A stretch of DNA of 55,964 bases, filler included, from Sphacelaria rigidula (GCA_964200075.2; 4 parts of 4 records of this genome joined end to end with filler, not necessarily neighbours in it); one strand, 5' to 3'. Counted from the first letter of the whole stretch, positions 35,796 to 49,100 are shown. The notes: generated by a model from the sequence alone, not told the origin. Numbers and translations are program-made.

Positions 35796-37232
35796 GGTTC
35801 CTTCACGCCGGGAAATCGGGGGCAACCAGTGCCGTTGATCGGCAGCAGTAGACACGCCGATTGTAAAAGTTATTGTATGCGTGGCTCACGGCTTGATCAT
35901 TTTGTTTTGTTCACCCTGCTTCTACTGTAGCGTTGCGTTTGACTTTTCCCTTAACAATTGACCCATTTTTTTTTCTATTTTGTTTTATTCTATTACTACT
36001 TTTACGTCTTTGTTTATTTTTGAAGTTTCGGAATTGCATACGAACATCGGCAGAGCGCGCACTAATACTACACCCCCCATCCGCCCCTGCCGCTTTTGCT
36101 GTTCGATTTCACCCGCTCCTGTCGCTCTGAATGTGCCTGCGCAATGCCGCGAGTCATCCCATGGTCGTTGGTATCGCATCATACCACGTTTATATCCTCT
36201 CCCGCTGGTATTTTTTGCTGTTGATTTTTTTCTCTGTCGCTATCAACTGTGTTATACTAGTGATCCCTTTCCCTCATCGTCTGCATTTAGCAGTCATAGC
36301 CCACGGTGCACAATTATTGTCATTTTCTCCTTTCACCGACTCAATCATTTTTTTTTCTTCCCCCTTTTGCACCCCTATCTGCCGTATGTTACCTCTTGAT
36401 TTTCCGCCGTTTGTTTCCTCTCTTTCTACAATTTTAGTTATATTCTCTACTCCCCGTGGCAATTTTACTCTACAGCCATCTTCGCCGTGTGTTTTTGCTA
36501 CCTTCATGTTGCAAGCGTACAGCCCCGCCCATCCATGGTGTTTTTTTTTTTGCAAATGTTTTGCTATTGCCTGACGCACGAAAGTAAACCCCAGGTACAT
36601 TTGTCTTGAGAAACCTGCGATGGCAAACTCCAGGGACGACCACGAAGCGCAACGAAAGCCAACTCAGGATAACGGGTGAGATAAGGCATCAACAGCGCCT
36701 CCATCGATCGTAGCCAATGGTGGTTTACTAGACATCTGAGAAGATGGTGTATGCATATATCGGGAAGGTTGTAGCGTAAGATTAACAGGTGAGTAAATCG
36801 GAGAAACGGGAGCTGGTGGGCGTCCTGCTGGGCTCTGGACACTGGGCTGTTCTCCACGGACCCGAAGCAGGTTTTGGTCATCAACAACAGTGAGCTTTAA
36901 GTACCCCCTTGAGTACTGTACTCCATTCGTAGCAAATCAACGCCACCTTTTTGGTCGAGTAGAGTCACGTAGCTCCCCAAGTGGTAGACCCGAGACCGCC
37001 CGAATAGCACCGATCAAGGTTCCGTAACGTGAGTACTGGTCATTCCGCACACTTAGCGAAGGAACGAAGATAGGCGAAGTGCTCTCCACAGGGGGGGACA
37101 CGCCTACTTCATCCCACAGACCTCGAACTGGACACAGGGGCGAATGATCGTGCTCTGTAGACCCTGACCAACGCATCCAGTCTGGTCGTCAGCAAGGAGA
37201 CCCTTTGGGAGAACAGATGCAATCGAATCTGA

Positions 37233-37450
37233 GGGGGGGCGTACTCACTTGTTGCTTGCCTTGGTCGTTTGACCATTGACCACGCATCCCTTTCGAGACG
37301 GAGCACCGCTCCTACTCGTAATAGAGACACCTTCAACATTCCGGCGCGCATTACGCTTCTTCCATAGCTCATTACGTTTATCCCATACTCTGCGCAAAAA
37401 CATTTTACGTAGCTAATACATCAGACGATTTCATGCCTCCTTCGTTCACG
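37233..37450 (-). repeat. Dispersed repeat family, copy 5 (inverted)
   Basis: GGGGGGGCGTACTCACTTGTTGCTTGCC...GAGACGGAGCACCG is the reverse complement of the family core. Confidence 0.85.
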
Positions 37451-37719
37451 TCCCGCATTTCTCCCTCTAGCACGTGTTGCTCCTCCTTGTACAGTTCACA
37501 TTGCGCCACTTTATGACTTCTGCTCTCGATTGCTTTGCCACAGAGATAGTTTTGTCTATCAACTTCCTCTTTCCGATTACTGGTATACCTTTTTCTTTTT
37601 TTCTGTTCCCCTTTTTCTCAGAGCGTGTTTGAGTTTCGTTCTTCGTGGGTACGTCCATCATGAGACCACGGCTGGATCCCTGGGGGGTCAGTTGAAGTGC
37701 GACAATCAACCAAACAATC

Positions 37720-38170
37720 AATCAATCTTTCCGGCAGGACCGTGCATCCAAATATCTGCTTGGCTGCTGCTCTCTGTACTGTTTCTAGCTGGCGGCACTA
37801 ATTTCACGTCCCACTTCCATACTTCGCCTGCATATTCCAGCTGTGGTACGATCAAGTTCGTCAGGAAACATAATATCTCAATTCTGGTGTCTGGGTGCGG
37901 GTCTCTGAGGATCACGTTCATCCTTCCTCTCTGTGCTTTACCTTTTATACTACCTTGTTAATTTGTGCATCCCAAGAACATTGTTTTGAGATCTTTAAGC
38001 CAAGGTATGTATATTGGTCTGGAATCGACAGTTCCCCTCCTCCCTACTTCCACCTGAACTTCAGTGGATTTTTCTCATCCTCGTTACAGACGAGTATTGC
38101 GCATATTTTCACATTCGTTATCACTCTCATTCGCTGTTCGCTGTCACTCTCCGGTGCCTAGAGTAGTGTA
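37720..38170 (-). pseudogene. LINE (non-LTR) reverse transcriptase C-terminal fragment
   Basis: YTYLGLKISKQCSWDAQINKV (YxYLG motif) followed by LIVPQLEYAGEVW (PxLxY..xW motif). Interrupted by stops. Confidence 0.75.
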
Positions 38171-38419
38171 GTCTTGCGTCTTGCCTATCTGTTTTTGCAA
38201 TCCTTCCACTGTTTCTGAAATCCCCACAAAACCGTTGGACCTGGGGGAAAAACAACGGCCGAAACGGTAGGTGAGAGGCGATTTGAGTAGGAAACAAAAG
38301 CGATACCTGGGAGTCGATGCGGAGGAGCTGCCGGCGGTTCCAACATAATGATGAGTACTCGAAAATTTAGCAGTAGGCGCCTCCCTTTCCACGATACGTG
38401 ACCGCTCCCTTTCGTGAAC

Positions 38420-38850
38420 AAGCACGAAAGATCTTAGGCAAGATGTGCTGTCATGCCGTTGCAGGAGACCCAAGAGGTCAAGCAGTCGTCAAATGACCAT
38501 CAGGTAGGGGCGTGTGGTAGACCCATGGGACGAGGTGATCAACTTGCCAACAATTCAGGTAATGTTGCACTCACATACACATACATCTGCAGGCACTTGA
38601 CCTCGCTTCTCGATCCCCAGTTGATTTTCCACAGCCATCAAAACAAATCAACGGGGTAGTCAGTGCCCCTGCAGAATGTGCCTAACTTGCTGTGCCTCTC
38701 AAAAGATTCGCGGAACAGAGGCCAAGAGTTTAGCGTGGAGGTAGTCACCCATTTAGGCAGGTATTTGGGCAGATGGCTGAAAGAAGGCATCCTTTCCGAA
38801 GCGTCAGATCTCCCACGCGGTAAGAACGCAGTCGTGAGACCAGGAGGATG
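38420..38850 (+). pseudogene. Decayed Ty3/gypsy integrase fragment
   Basis: SCHCRRPKRSSSRQ..DPW (zinc-finger CC followed by PW), then RGQEFSVEVVTHLGRYLG (cf. DxGxEFtaevvxhLcxxLg). Confidence 0.6.
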
Positions 38851-40495
38851 AGTGCTGGATATGTTGTCAAGAACTTTGGAAGTCAGGTTTCGCATTCCGA
38901 GAGGATTTTGACGGAGCTCAGCAAAAAGACACGTTTTCGATGACGTGAACGCTTCGGAAGAGTGATGAGAAGACGAAGACTGCGCGAAGTCTTCAAGTGA
39001 AAAGCTCCAGCAAGTGACCCAGACGAGCGAGTCAATGGCATTGAGCAAGCAAAGTAGAGGAAAGCATTAACATTGTACGAAGGAAAGCCGGAGACCGTTT
39101 GGTGGTGCATTACAGGAGCGAGCAGCGCTTTGTATTTGTATTTTATTTTTATATATAGTAATGAGCAGTAGTTCAGTACTGTTTCTTTTTATTGGAACAG
39201 CTGTTCAGTACTTACTTTTTTCTACTATCTTCAGATCTGTTTTCACTCGTGTTTTCCCGTTGATTATGAGCTCGGTTATATACTATGTATCGTTCCCAGC
39301 TGTATTTTTTCACCTTACAACGTTTGATCTTAATTTTTTTCGGGGGGGAGCGCCATCTCGATTTGTTTGCCTCGTTTCTTCGGAGCAGAACTTCCTCCTC
39401 AGGGCCTCATCCTTTTTTTCTCTGTCCGGTTATTTATAGTCTGGATTCCATTTACTCTTCCCTATCCCGTTTTGGTTTCTTTTGATTTCGTAGGACCTGA
39501 TCCTTTTTCTCGTGTCAGTCCTATGTTTTTGACTATTTTCATGTTTCTTGAGCTGTTTTTTTCGTGTTACTGACGTGATGGGTCCTTTCTAGTTTTCTTT
39601 CATGTTTCAGTTGCCTTTCTCCCTTCTCCTTTTGCTGTGGACCTGGTTCCTTCCTCTAGCACTATTTTTCGGTTTCCCATTTCCTTTACATCTTTTCGCG
39701 GAGTTGATGTAGGCCCGCCCTTTTTTTTATTTCGGTATTGCATTCCATGGAGATTATTGATATCTTGGTTTTGTCAGACCTGATTCCACCCTTTGTTTCA
39801 CGTACTGGGTTCGTTCATCACGTTTTTTCGTCCTCGAAGAACGTTGATCCGATTTTAGGGTGCCCTACCCCTTTTGAGTAGAGCATATCATATCGTGGAG
39901 TGAGCATGGTACAAGAAGGGTGGGCACCGAGTACCTGCTTGGACACTGTACCATGACGGAACTGTTGATCTAAGATATAGGAGTCCCCCTGTGTCCAGTA
40001 GGTCAGTTGCTCCTGGTCGGTGAGAGAAAAGCTTACGCACTCCCATCAGCCAGTAAGCGCTTTCTTGGGTTTTTTTGGTCAGCTTTTTTGGCGAGTCCTA
40101 CACTACCCGGGATTGTAAATCAATCAAGGGTGTCTGAGCGCCGTTACCATCGGAAAATAGTCACCGACTATTCTCCGTGGTTTCTGTTCCCAGTGTAACT
40201 GGGATCCCAGGACGACATAGAGCATATGCGAAAGCACTCGCTATGATCCGAAAGGGCGTGAGAGATTTTTTCCCCAAGCGATGAGGCTTTTTCCTGAAAA
40301 CCAGGTTTTGCTCATCCTTCCAATTTCATGACGAGTTTTTCCCGCGGTTAATCTTAGCCACGAAATTCTGCGGTTTTCTCGTCTCAACCGTGATCATAGG
40401 CTGATGGCATACAAATAGGAAATTCCCCCGGAATGTATTGAGCTGTGACTTTCCTTACCTTTCATTAGCAGCGTGCACGAAGCAAGGGAGGGGGA

Positions 40496-40940
40496 TGTTC
40501 CGGCGAATATCGACTGTATGTGTAGTAGGCGTTTTGCAGTACACGTGGAAAGTGCAGTAGGTCTTATTCCATTCGTATGTTGTTGTATTCCAATCGGGCG
40601 TCCTTGACCGGAGCCCACAGCCCTCAGAACTTCCATCACCCAGCAACTCTCGTTTAGCTACCTAGCTAAGACTGATTAATAACGAAGCTATCAGCCACCA
40701 CTTGGAGACATCTCGCTTGCAAGTAAGTCAAGAGCACCTCTTCTGCACGTGAAAGTGAGTCCCTACTTGGCCTTGCGATGCAGTGCTTATCGGACTCGAT
40801 GGTCTGTTACTCACGAGCTCAAGGGTCATTCCTCTCGACTGCGGTTGTTCAATGTGGCGAGCCGCTGACCTCGTGTCACCCCGGGCCGGGCGTATTCTTC
40901 GAGAGTGACGCCAGTATCAGCTCGTAATCAGACCGCGACA
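40496..40940 (+). repeat. 3' LTR (445 bp)
   Basis: Preceded by a polypurine tract. TGTTCCGGCG...GACCGCGACA. Confidence 0.9.
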
Positions 40941-41949
40941 ATTTTTTGAAAGGCAAAGTCCAGATTTGGGTTCAAGTGCGGGAGCAAGGACAAAAAGGTC
41001 AAATGCTAGCGGGGTGCATTCGAGCATCGACGCAAACCCCCGTGATGATCACTTCGTTCTGCACCCTTCTCGCAGCTTCAGCAACAAGCTTTGTTCTGCA
41101 GTTGTAGGGCAAGTTTCGGTCTGTTTTCCGGTTATAGGTTGATTTCGTGTTGATTCCTGGGGCCTTCCAGTATCGTAGCATAAAATAATCTATACAAGTG
41201 GCAAGTCATCACCTTTCGACAACGTTTTGGGACTCTTCACGTCCCATCACTTCGAGGTTCTGCGAATCGCATCACCTCAGCCCCATAACAGTGGTTCAAC
41301 CCATGTTGGAGATCTGAGCTCAAGGTTTTCTCCTGACATTGGCGATCGACGGTAGTCCACAGGGGTGAAAACAACAGCGCAACGTCAGAGATGTCCGGTA
41401 AGAGAAGCCGTTCGAACAGCGATGCGAGTTTTTCAAGTGGTGTGCGTACCAGAGCCCAGAAGAAAGCAGACGATGCATTGCGTCCACCCATGAATAGGGT
41501 AGACCGAGTGGCAGTTGCATCCGAAATGTCAGCCGTACAAGATAAAAAAAGTACAGACGGAGTCAGCTGAAAGTGTGTCGGACGAGGGGCCGAGACTTTA
41601 AGCAAAATGCAGTGTCCACCACTGTGGGGGAAAGGGGTGTAACGAATCAGGTTCACTTAGCACCTCCCCTGCCTGAAGTAGAGAGCATGACCTGCTCGCG
41701 GGGCACTTCACATGGCATTGTGGATAATTCGCCTCAGGTAGGAAACGTTGGGTCCGTGAGGAACACTGTTGGGGCGACAGACACCAACGTCCAAATATTG
41801 GATCTTGCACCCCCAGTAGAAGACAACATGAAATGTGTAGAAAGCGGGACCGGCGACGGTACCAAGCGCACTCCAGTTGATAACAGCCGATTTTATATTT
41901 TGGGGTTCATACAAAATATGGGGCTGAAGTGGCATATCTGTCTTGCACG

Positions 41950-42049
41950 NNNNNNNNNNNNNNNNNNNNNNNNNNNNNNNNNNNNNNNNNNNNTTAATTA
42001 ATTAANNNNNNNNNNNNNNNNNNNNNNNNNNNNNNNNNNNNNNNNNNNN
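41950..42049. other. Artificial assembly gap linker
   Basis: 44N + TTAATTAATTAA + 44N. Confidence 0.97.
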
Positions 42050-42444
42050 ATAACGGTAAAGGAAAGTTCAGTAAGTAAAGAAAGCGTTTAACTGGAATTT
42101 ATGTAGTACAGAACCGACTTGGGAAAAAAAAAAAAAGGAAAAAAAAAAAAAGACATCGACCAAAAAACACGACCACCACCAACGACAACAGAACAACAAC
42201 AGCAGCAGCGCCAGCGACAGCAACGCGCCGACAGCAGCAATAAGACGTCAACACCAACGTTGCCAACAACAACACACGGTGTAGGCTCCTATCTCGTCCC
42301 CTCGCGCTGAAAACAAGTCTGCACTGTACAGCCCAGAGACGAGCGGAGGAGGCTGAACACAAGAGAAGGTCAGTTGAAGTTCTCTCAAAACCTCTGACTT
42401 GACCCGAAGAACATTGACAATTGAAGGGCGAAAACGAGGAAAAC

Positions 42445-42673
42445 ATGGCAGCTATTCAACATCCTCCTGCAGCGCATCATCATCAGCAGCAGCAAGGCGG
42501 CGGTGCCATGGTCGCGCCGGAAGGCTTCCAGGTCAACGATGTTCGTCTTGCGGGGATCCACGCCCCCGAGCATACAGGAGTGGAAGGCGTTGCTGGCTCC
42601 GTGACGTCTTTCGTTCGGAAGCTGTTTCAGATGGTCCAGGGAGAGTGTGACACCGTCGTAGGATTTGTTGCAG
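42445..42673 (+). CDS. HSF: Heat shock transcription factor, exon 1
   Basis: AAACATGG start context. SFVRKLFQMV is HSF DNA-binding helix 1. Donor |gtcagt, phase 1. Confidence 0.9.
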
Positions 42674-43901
42674 GTCAGTTCCAGTATGCCGTTTTTGCAA
42701 TGTGTAAGAATTTTTCGGAGGGTGCTGTATGTAGTTCCCGAGAAGGGACAGTTGAGACAGATTCGATTGTTGCAGCCAGTATCGTGTGCTATTAGTCGCC
42801 GCCGACTGTGGGTAGAAGTCCGCCGTGTGATCTGTCGGCATGTGTCTCGTGGTGACGGTGGTGGTGGTAATGGTGATGGCGGTGGCGGTGCTGGTGGCGG
42901 CGGGTGCTATCGTTTGCGTTTCATGCTGCTGTGTTGTCTACAAGGGTTCATTTTTCGGTTCATCCTTTTCGCGGGTTTCGCGGTTTGCTTCACCTCCGAA
43001 AGCTTATTTCTTTGAAAAGCCACCTGATGATCGACAGCCTCAAAATGTTCCAACTCGGAAAGGTGATACGGTGGTGACACACTGGATTCCAGTGTTCCAT
43101 GCGATGCTCGCTAGATTAGTCTTCGCTCTAGACCCGAAATACCAGTGCACGCCACGTTGACAGCTGCATTTTACTCCTTGATGTTGGCAAACGTGTTGTA
43201 TCCTAGGCAGCGACGCCCGCAGCTGCAGCCAGTCACACAAACATCACGCATGTATGATTTATTTTGAGAGTTTGTGACACGTGCTATTTTTCAGGTCTGT
43301 CACCGAACGAACAAGTTGAACCACGTCCCTGTTTTCGTCGACGTATGTATGTGCCGAATATACTCGTAAAATAGTAGACTCTATCTCCAAGCACTTTTGA
43401 AACCAAAATCATCAAACGATGATGGATATCATGCTCACGACGACCTGGTCGATTACCTAGAGCTGGTATCGTGTAACTTGTACTCTACTAGCAGTTCCTT
43501 TCACAACCAACGTTGGTAGATCATCAACACACACAGGGTATTCCCCTATTTTCTTTTTTACGTTCGACGACTACTGTAGGCGCCCATATAACAACTGTTG
43601 TACTATCTGCTTCGTTGTTTATTCTCGACATCATGCTCTCGTCGTTTTTCCGTACTGAATTCTTTTCCTCTGCCTGTTTGATTTCTGACCACCACCCCCG
43701 GACTGTATTTTCGTAACTTTCCGAGCTAGACCTTTGAATCCGCGTCATTCCGACATACGGCAGCACCACTCACTCGAGATCACCTACAAGGATACTTCCT
43801 GTCTGTACGATGACCACTGTTGTCTGTGATGTAGGGACATTCCTTTTTCATATCATCTCCCATGAAATAATTCATCTCCAATTCATCACCTCACCACACA
43901 G

Positions 43902-44032
43902 ACGGCACCGCCTTCGAGGTGAAGGATCCGCGACGCTTGGAGCAAGACATACTTCCCAAGTACTTCAGACACTCGAGATTCCAAAGCCTCGTGCGGCAGC
44001 TGAATTTCTATAACTTCAAGAAAATCAGCAAG
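43902..44032 (+). CDS. HSF: Heat shock transcription factor, exon 2
   Basis: cacag| (D)GTAFEVKDPRRLEQDILPKYFRHSRFQSLVRQLNFYNFKKISK |gtgtgt. This is the HSF signature. Confidence 0.95.
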
Positions 44033-45125
44033 GTGTGTGCATGTGTGTTTGCAATGCGTCTTGTGTGCTCAAATCGTGTTTTGAGAGAACAACTGGAAGT
44101 GCTGAAGGAGTCAAGTTGATGCGGTCGTTACTGCACTGTACTGTTCTGTACCCTACAGCAGTCTTGTGGTGTGAACATCGTACGAGTATGCAAGATGGTG
44201 CCTCGGAGAGAGTCAACATGGAAAAGTTTCAAAGGCGTGGATTCGTCTGTGTGCATTTTATCAACCTCGTCTACATTTGGTCGCGCCTAATGGTAATTAT
44301 GTGCATTTCGTTCGAGCCATTAACCAAAGCCTGACGAATACAAGCACGCTGAGACAGACATGAGCAACAACATGTTGAACGAGTGTATTTTCGCTTTTTG
44401 GGGTGCGCGCCAGCTAGCCTGATAGTTTTTTTTGTACATGTGTATGAGAAAGTGCGGAATAATGGGATTTTATCCTCTTTGGGGACTCTTTGTCGTTCAG
44501 TAGTTCATGTTTGTGTGGCCATCATGTTCCACAGGCCATACAACCATCATGCATACGTACTCGTGATCTTGAAGAGTACTGTAGTGGAGTGATACTTACG
44601 TTGCTCACCGTCCTTTTTTTGGAGCATCGTCAACAGCCAGTCTCACATGGCTATCTACGCCTTACACACGGGGGTGGTGTGGTAGGTGCTTCGCTCACGG
44701 GTTGTTCCTTGGATATAGTTTCGTTTGTTCTGACTTATCCTGAGATAAATAGACTGGAAACCTGGCTGTTTTGACTGTTCTTCGCGCCTGTGTGAACCAC
44801 GTCTGTACTCGGCTCTTTGAAAAGAAGATTGAATTTTTGATTTTTTATACCTGTCCACGTCCATTCCTACAACTTGACTCATGTTTTATAATGATGTAAA
44901 GATGTGTAAACCTTTTTTTTTCGACTCTCCAACCACCACGTCGAACTATGACAGCATATTTCATATTTCATAGTTAGAAAATTTTCCACTGGCCGTCCTG
45001 CCTATCTTTCTGTTGCAGTATTGTTGTTTAATGGGATTCATCTCACGCAGCATTCGTGTACTTTTCTTAGTCAACGGCTTGTAGCAGTTGTTGATGATCC
45101 ATGTGTCCCGGTTCTGGTATTTCAG

Positions 45126-45283
45126 GAGCGGAGTGTCTGGATTTACAAGCATGCATACTTCCGCCGAGATGAGCCAGAATTGCTGCACGCGCTTAAGCGC
45201 AAGACGAACCAACACGGGGCGCGTATCGGAGACCCAAATGCCGACGACGAGATGATGGCTGCTCGCGTCGTCATTCCACGAAG
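45126..45283 (+). CDS. HSF: Heat shock transcription factor, exon 3
   Basis: tttcag| ERSVWIYKHAYFRRDEPELLHALKRK, the end of the HSF domain. Donor |gtcagg, phase 2. Confidence 0.92.
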
Positions 45284-45404
45284 GTCAGGGCGGGTCATGT
45301 TTTTGTCACAATGCTCTTTCCACGTTTCTATCTTACCGCCATCCATTCATGTGTGTGTGCGTGTAGCATCCCATTTATTCTTGACACCAGTCTGCACTTT
45401 TCGG

Positions 45405-45673
45405 TGTATGAGGGCACATCAGCCGGGGTCACACAATGAGGAAGGCTAATAGCACACTATTTTTTCCTCTCTTTTTATCAAGATAGGAGTGACTCCCTTT
45501 CCCTCTTCGACCGTAGAGTTGAATTTTATGCAGCCACGGCATAGTCGCTCTCCACTGGTGGGCATGGTGTGAGAAAAATTGGCAGATCGTGTGACTGCAC
45601 CGAGATTCGAACCCACCACCCGACCGTTAAGGTTTCGAGGGTACTTACTACCTGAGCCACCGGGGCGATCGGC
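45405..45673 (-). mobile_element. tRNA-derived SINE, copy 4 (in HSF intron 3)
   Basis: Reverse complement of the full SINE, including the B box (TTCGAACC) and head (CTGAGCCACCGGGGCGATCGG). Confidence 0.85.
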
Positions 45674-46578
45674 TATGTGGTGAATCATTGATGAATGGTG
45701 ATATGTGATGAAATCAGGAGCGGAGGTCAGTTCGTATTCTGGGTTTGGAATTTGAATCGATTTTTCTGTTGTATGTAAATGTGCGTCGGAGAAGCTCGAA
45801 GGTTTGTCCAATGTGCATCAACTTCAAGCTTACTGGCGCGCTGCCACGTGACTCGACAGAAATGTTTTCAATGTGTACATTGTTGTTGTATCATTATATA
45901 CATATCTTACGACCAAGACTTGACCTTCCCTTCATAACAGTATCTACAGCACTAGTGTTGTACATTATTCACGTATTTCGATGCCACCTCACCACATTTG
46001 GGCGTAAGAGCCGGCAAAGCAGTAGAGTTCACCATTTGATGGTCACTGGATTTTAGCCTGGATTGAATATCAAAGATCCGGATCTTTAATGGGGGGTGCC
46101 CCTTCCATGCGTAGAACTCATTTTTGTGTAAATCGTCAAGGCGCCGATTTGAGGTCGGGCAACGCACACTTTGCCGCGGGAACACCTTGCACCCACCCCC
46201 CTTGCCCGAGGACTCTCGGTACGCCAAGTTGTAAACCGACCTCCGGCAAAGAAGGTGCGTCGTATGTGGTCAATCACAGTGGACACTGTTTTGACGCACG
46301 TCTCAATAACGGCTCTCCGACAGTTTGGAACACCAGTTATTTGAAAACATGATTTCCAGTACGAGGGGACGACATGTGCATGTAGACTAAATGATCCGTG
46401 CTAAAGTTTTCATCGACAGTACTCTTGCGAATGCGTGTGCTGAGCTGTTCCAAGCTCCAGCTTTATAGCAAACACAATCAGCTTTGTAACAACAACCATC
46501 CCTCTTGTCACGTGCTTAGCCCGTCTATGCATCCTACCCTCCGTCGTTGTGTGTGACTTTTCACTGGGATAAAAACAG

Positions 46579-47719
46579 TCTGCCGCACGACCGCAACAAT
46601 AATCCGAGGCCCTCAAGCAATAGCATCAGCAACCCGGGTGGCCTTCCTTCCGCCGTGGCGTTTCCTATGCACTCCCACTCCCCTTCTTCATCGTCTCCCT
46701 TCAGTAGACAGCAGCAACAGCGGTTGCCCCACTACGACCAGGGGAGAGCGCCCCCCGAGCGTCACGTCGTGGCCGGCACAAAGCTCCAGTCGAATTCGCG
46801 TAGCGGCGGCGGTCCATCTACGGGAGGCGTCGGAGGCGCTGCGGCGGCACCTTGCTACAGCGGCCGGGGCGGCAGCAATGCCCCACTATCTTCATCGTCC
46901 TCGTCGCGCATGTCGGATTTCGTGCCCGGTTGGTCCGGGGAGAGTTTGGGCAGCGGCGGCGGAGCGCCTGCGGGGCGTTCAGTCCCGGCGGGCGTGGGTG
47001 CGCACGACGAAAATCACGACCTGTACAGCGACCACCGCATGCACGCAGCCGCTCGCGCGCTGTCCCTCTCCGCTTCTGGTTCACACCAGCAACGTAGCGG
47101 CGCCACCATTGAACAGCAGAACCCGTATCCACATACGAGATTCCAGAACATGCAACGGCAACAGCAGCAACGGATGTCGTCCATGTTGCCTGCGCAGCAA
47201 CAACAACCATACATCCGCCACGGCCCCGCGGCCATGGGCGACGCAAGCATTTCCTCCGGCGACGGCGACCGTGAGGAGCGCGGCGGTCTGAAGCGAAACG
47301 CTGATGCTATCTCCACTGGTGGCGTGGCGGGAGCGTTGCCGGCAGTTGGCGATCACAACCATGGGGGTAGCCCGAAGACTGCCTCGAACGATGGGTCGGA
47401 CAGGGAACAGGCGTTGGCGTTGTACGGTTTATCTGCGTTGTGTCAGGTAGCATCCGCAAGTGCCGCTGCTGTTGGCAGGGTCACCAACGCCCGCGGCGAA
47501 GCCGACGAGGGCGGGGACGCGGCGGATTCACCTGCCCAGCAGGCTGAACATCGTGGTGGAGGCGGGAGTGGGGGTGGTGATGATTTCGGGCACGAACGGA
47601 AAAAACTTTGTACCCGAAGCGCCAGAGTTTCTGCGGCGGCGGCTAGCCGTATCGGGAGAGGGTACAGAGGCGATGAGCGTGATGGCCGTGGCGGATGCGA
47701 GTCTTCGGATGAAGATGGG
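46579..47719 (+). CDS. HSF: Heat shock transcription factor, exon 4 (low-complexity S/G/Q-rich)
   Basis: aaacag| phase 2 matches the exon 3 donor. Long open frame. Donor |gtgcgt, phase 0. Confidence 0.82.
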
Positions 47720-48121
47720 GTGCGTGTCTCGTTTTCTCATCACTTGTCTGTTCCCTCCACGTTGCCTTACTCGTATTGCATGTTGCGATCAGCTCCCTGT
47801 GTTGGAGCGCGAAGTCATGAGATCTTCACTGTAATAGCAGTCGTACATTGGATATCAAAAACATTCGGCGACAGCAAACTCGCCTCCGCATAAAGTGCTC
47901 TAGACGAAAATCGCCCATGTAGCCGTAAAGGACTTGGCGCAATTTCGATATGCACCGTGAGCAATAATTAGGTCGTGACCAAAGGTGACACGGAACAACC
48001 TCTTGTTTTATTCAGATGAACCTGTACAATGCGGCGCGAACGGTTCAGCAACAAGAGCCTAACTGAATACACCACCCTGTTCTTGGTACCCGTTATTATT
48101 CGTAAATGTGACGCGTTTCAG

Positions 48122-48793
48122 GACGATGTGGAGGACGGTATTACAAGCGCTGAGCGCGACGATTCCGTGGCCTCGTCACTCTGCGGTGACAATCCCCACG
48201 AGAGCAATGATCATCACGACTCCTCCCACCACCACAACGAACACCACTACGCGCAGCAGAGCTCTGCGGGAAGCCCGGCCGCCACTACTGCGCTGAACAG
48301 AAAAAACGACCGCGTGTACCCTGTTACCAAAAACACACCATACCAGCACCATTACAACCACGCCAAAGAGTTCCCCGTCGACCACCACAACGGCGGAGAG
48401 ACCAGCAATCCCGATGTGGCGATCAAGAGCCGACGCGGCGGGGTTTCCGATCAGGCATGGAATTGGGGGGGTGCCGGGCGTCGGGCGACTGTACCTTGCC
48501 GCGGTGATGTTGAAGACGATGGTGTAGACTTCAGTGTGCGCGCAGACGGCCGGCGGCCGGGCGCATTCGTAGACCGTCGTGGGCGCGCCGCCGTCGGGTG
48601 TCACAAGGTGACGGGAGTAGATGAGGAATCAGCCGGTCGGGGCATGGAAAGGTGTTTCGAAGGTATAGATAGTGGAGGTGCACCGTCCATCGAGGATGAC
48701 GACGCGGAGGACGATGAGCTGTACGGTCGTGGTGATGGAAGAGGATGCATAGATGGCACGGGTGGCGCGTCGCGAGAAGCGCAGAAATATCAG
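48122..48793 (+). CDS. HSF: Heat shock transcription factor, exon 5
   Basis: tttcag| ... cag|gtaaat, phases 0/0, open frame. Confidence 0.82.
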
Positions 48794-49100
48794 GTAAATA
48801 TATTTATATATATATATATATTTATATCATCTTCTTGCTTTATTTTCTAGTTTATTTTTCGCTCAGTACGTCAATAGCGTGTTGTTTTTTCTTGTCGGAT
48901 GAGGCGTACATGCCGAAAACGCCCTAGTTTCTGTCAAAAATGCTTCGTTCTTCTTCCCGTCACTGTAAATGTGCTCGTTCCCTCTCGTCGAAAACCACTA
49001 TTACCGTACCCTGTGTTTTTCTTTTCTGACCCTGCCCGTCTATGTCGTCCCTGTCTTGAAACATTCGTGCTCCGACGCGATTGTGACAAACACACAATAG

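Larger units (their letters stand above)
34130..40940 (+). mobile_element. Gypsy-derived non-autonomous LTR element (LARD-like), 6.8 kb
   Basis: Two TG..CA LTRs about 90% alike by eye. PBS-like TGGTGACC at 34577 and PPT AAGGGAGGGGGA at 40484-40495. Only decayed pol traces inside. No TSD seen. Confidence 0.8.

Noticed and set aside
35481..35851. ORFs with repetitive peptides (TITTLPG / MVPGSVV)
   Set aside because: By-products of the 21-bp minisatellite.
41573..41900. Open frame with a duplicated LAPP motif next to the gap
   Set aside because: No splice or homology support, and it is truncated by the gap.
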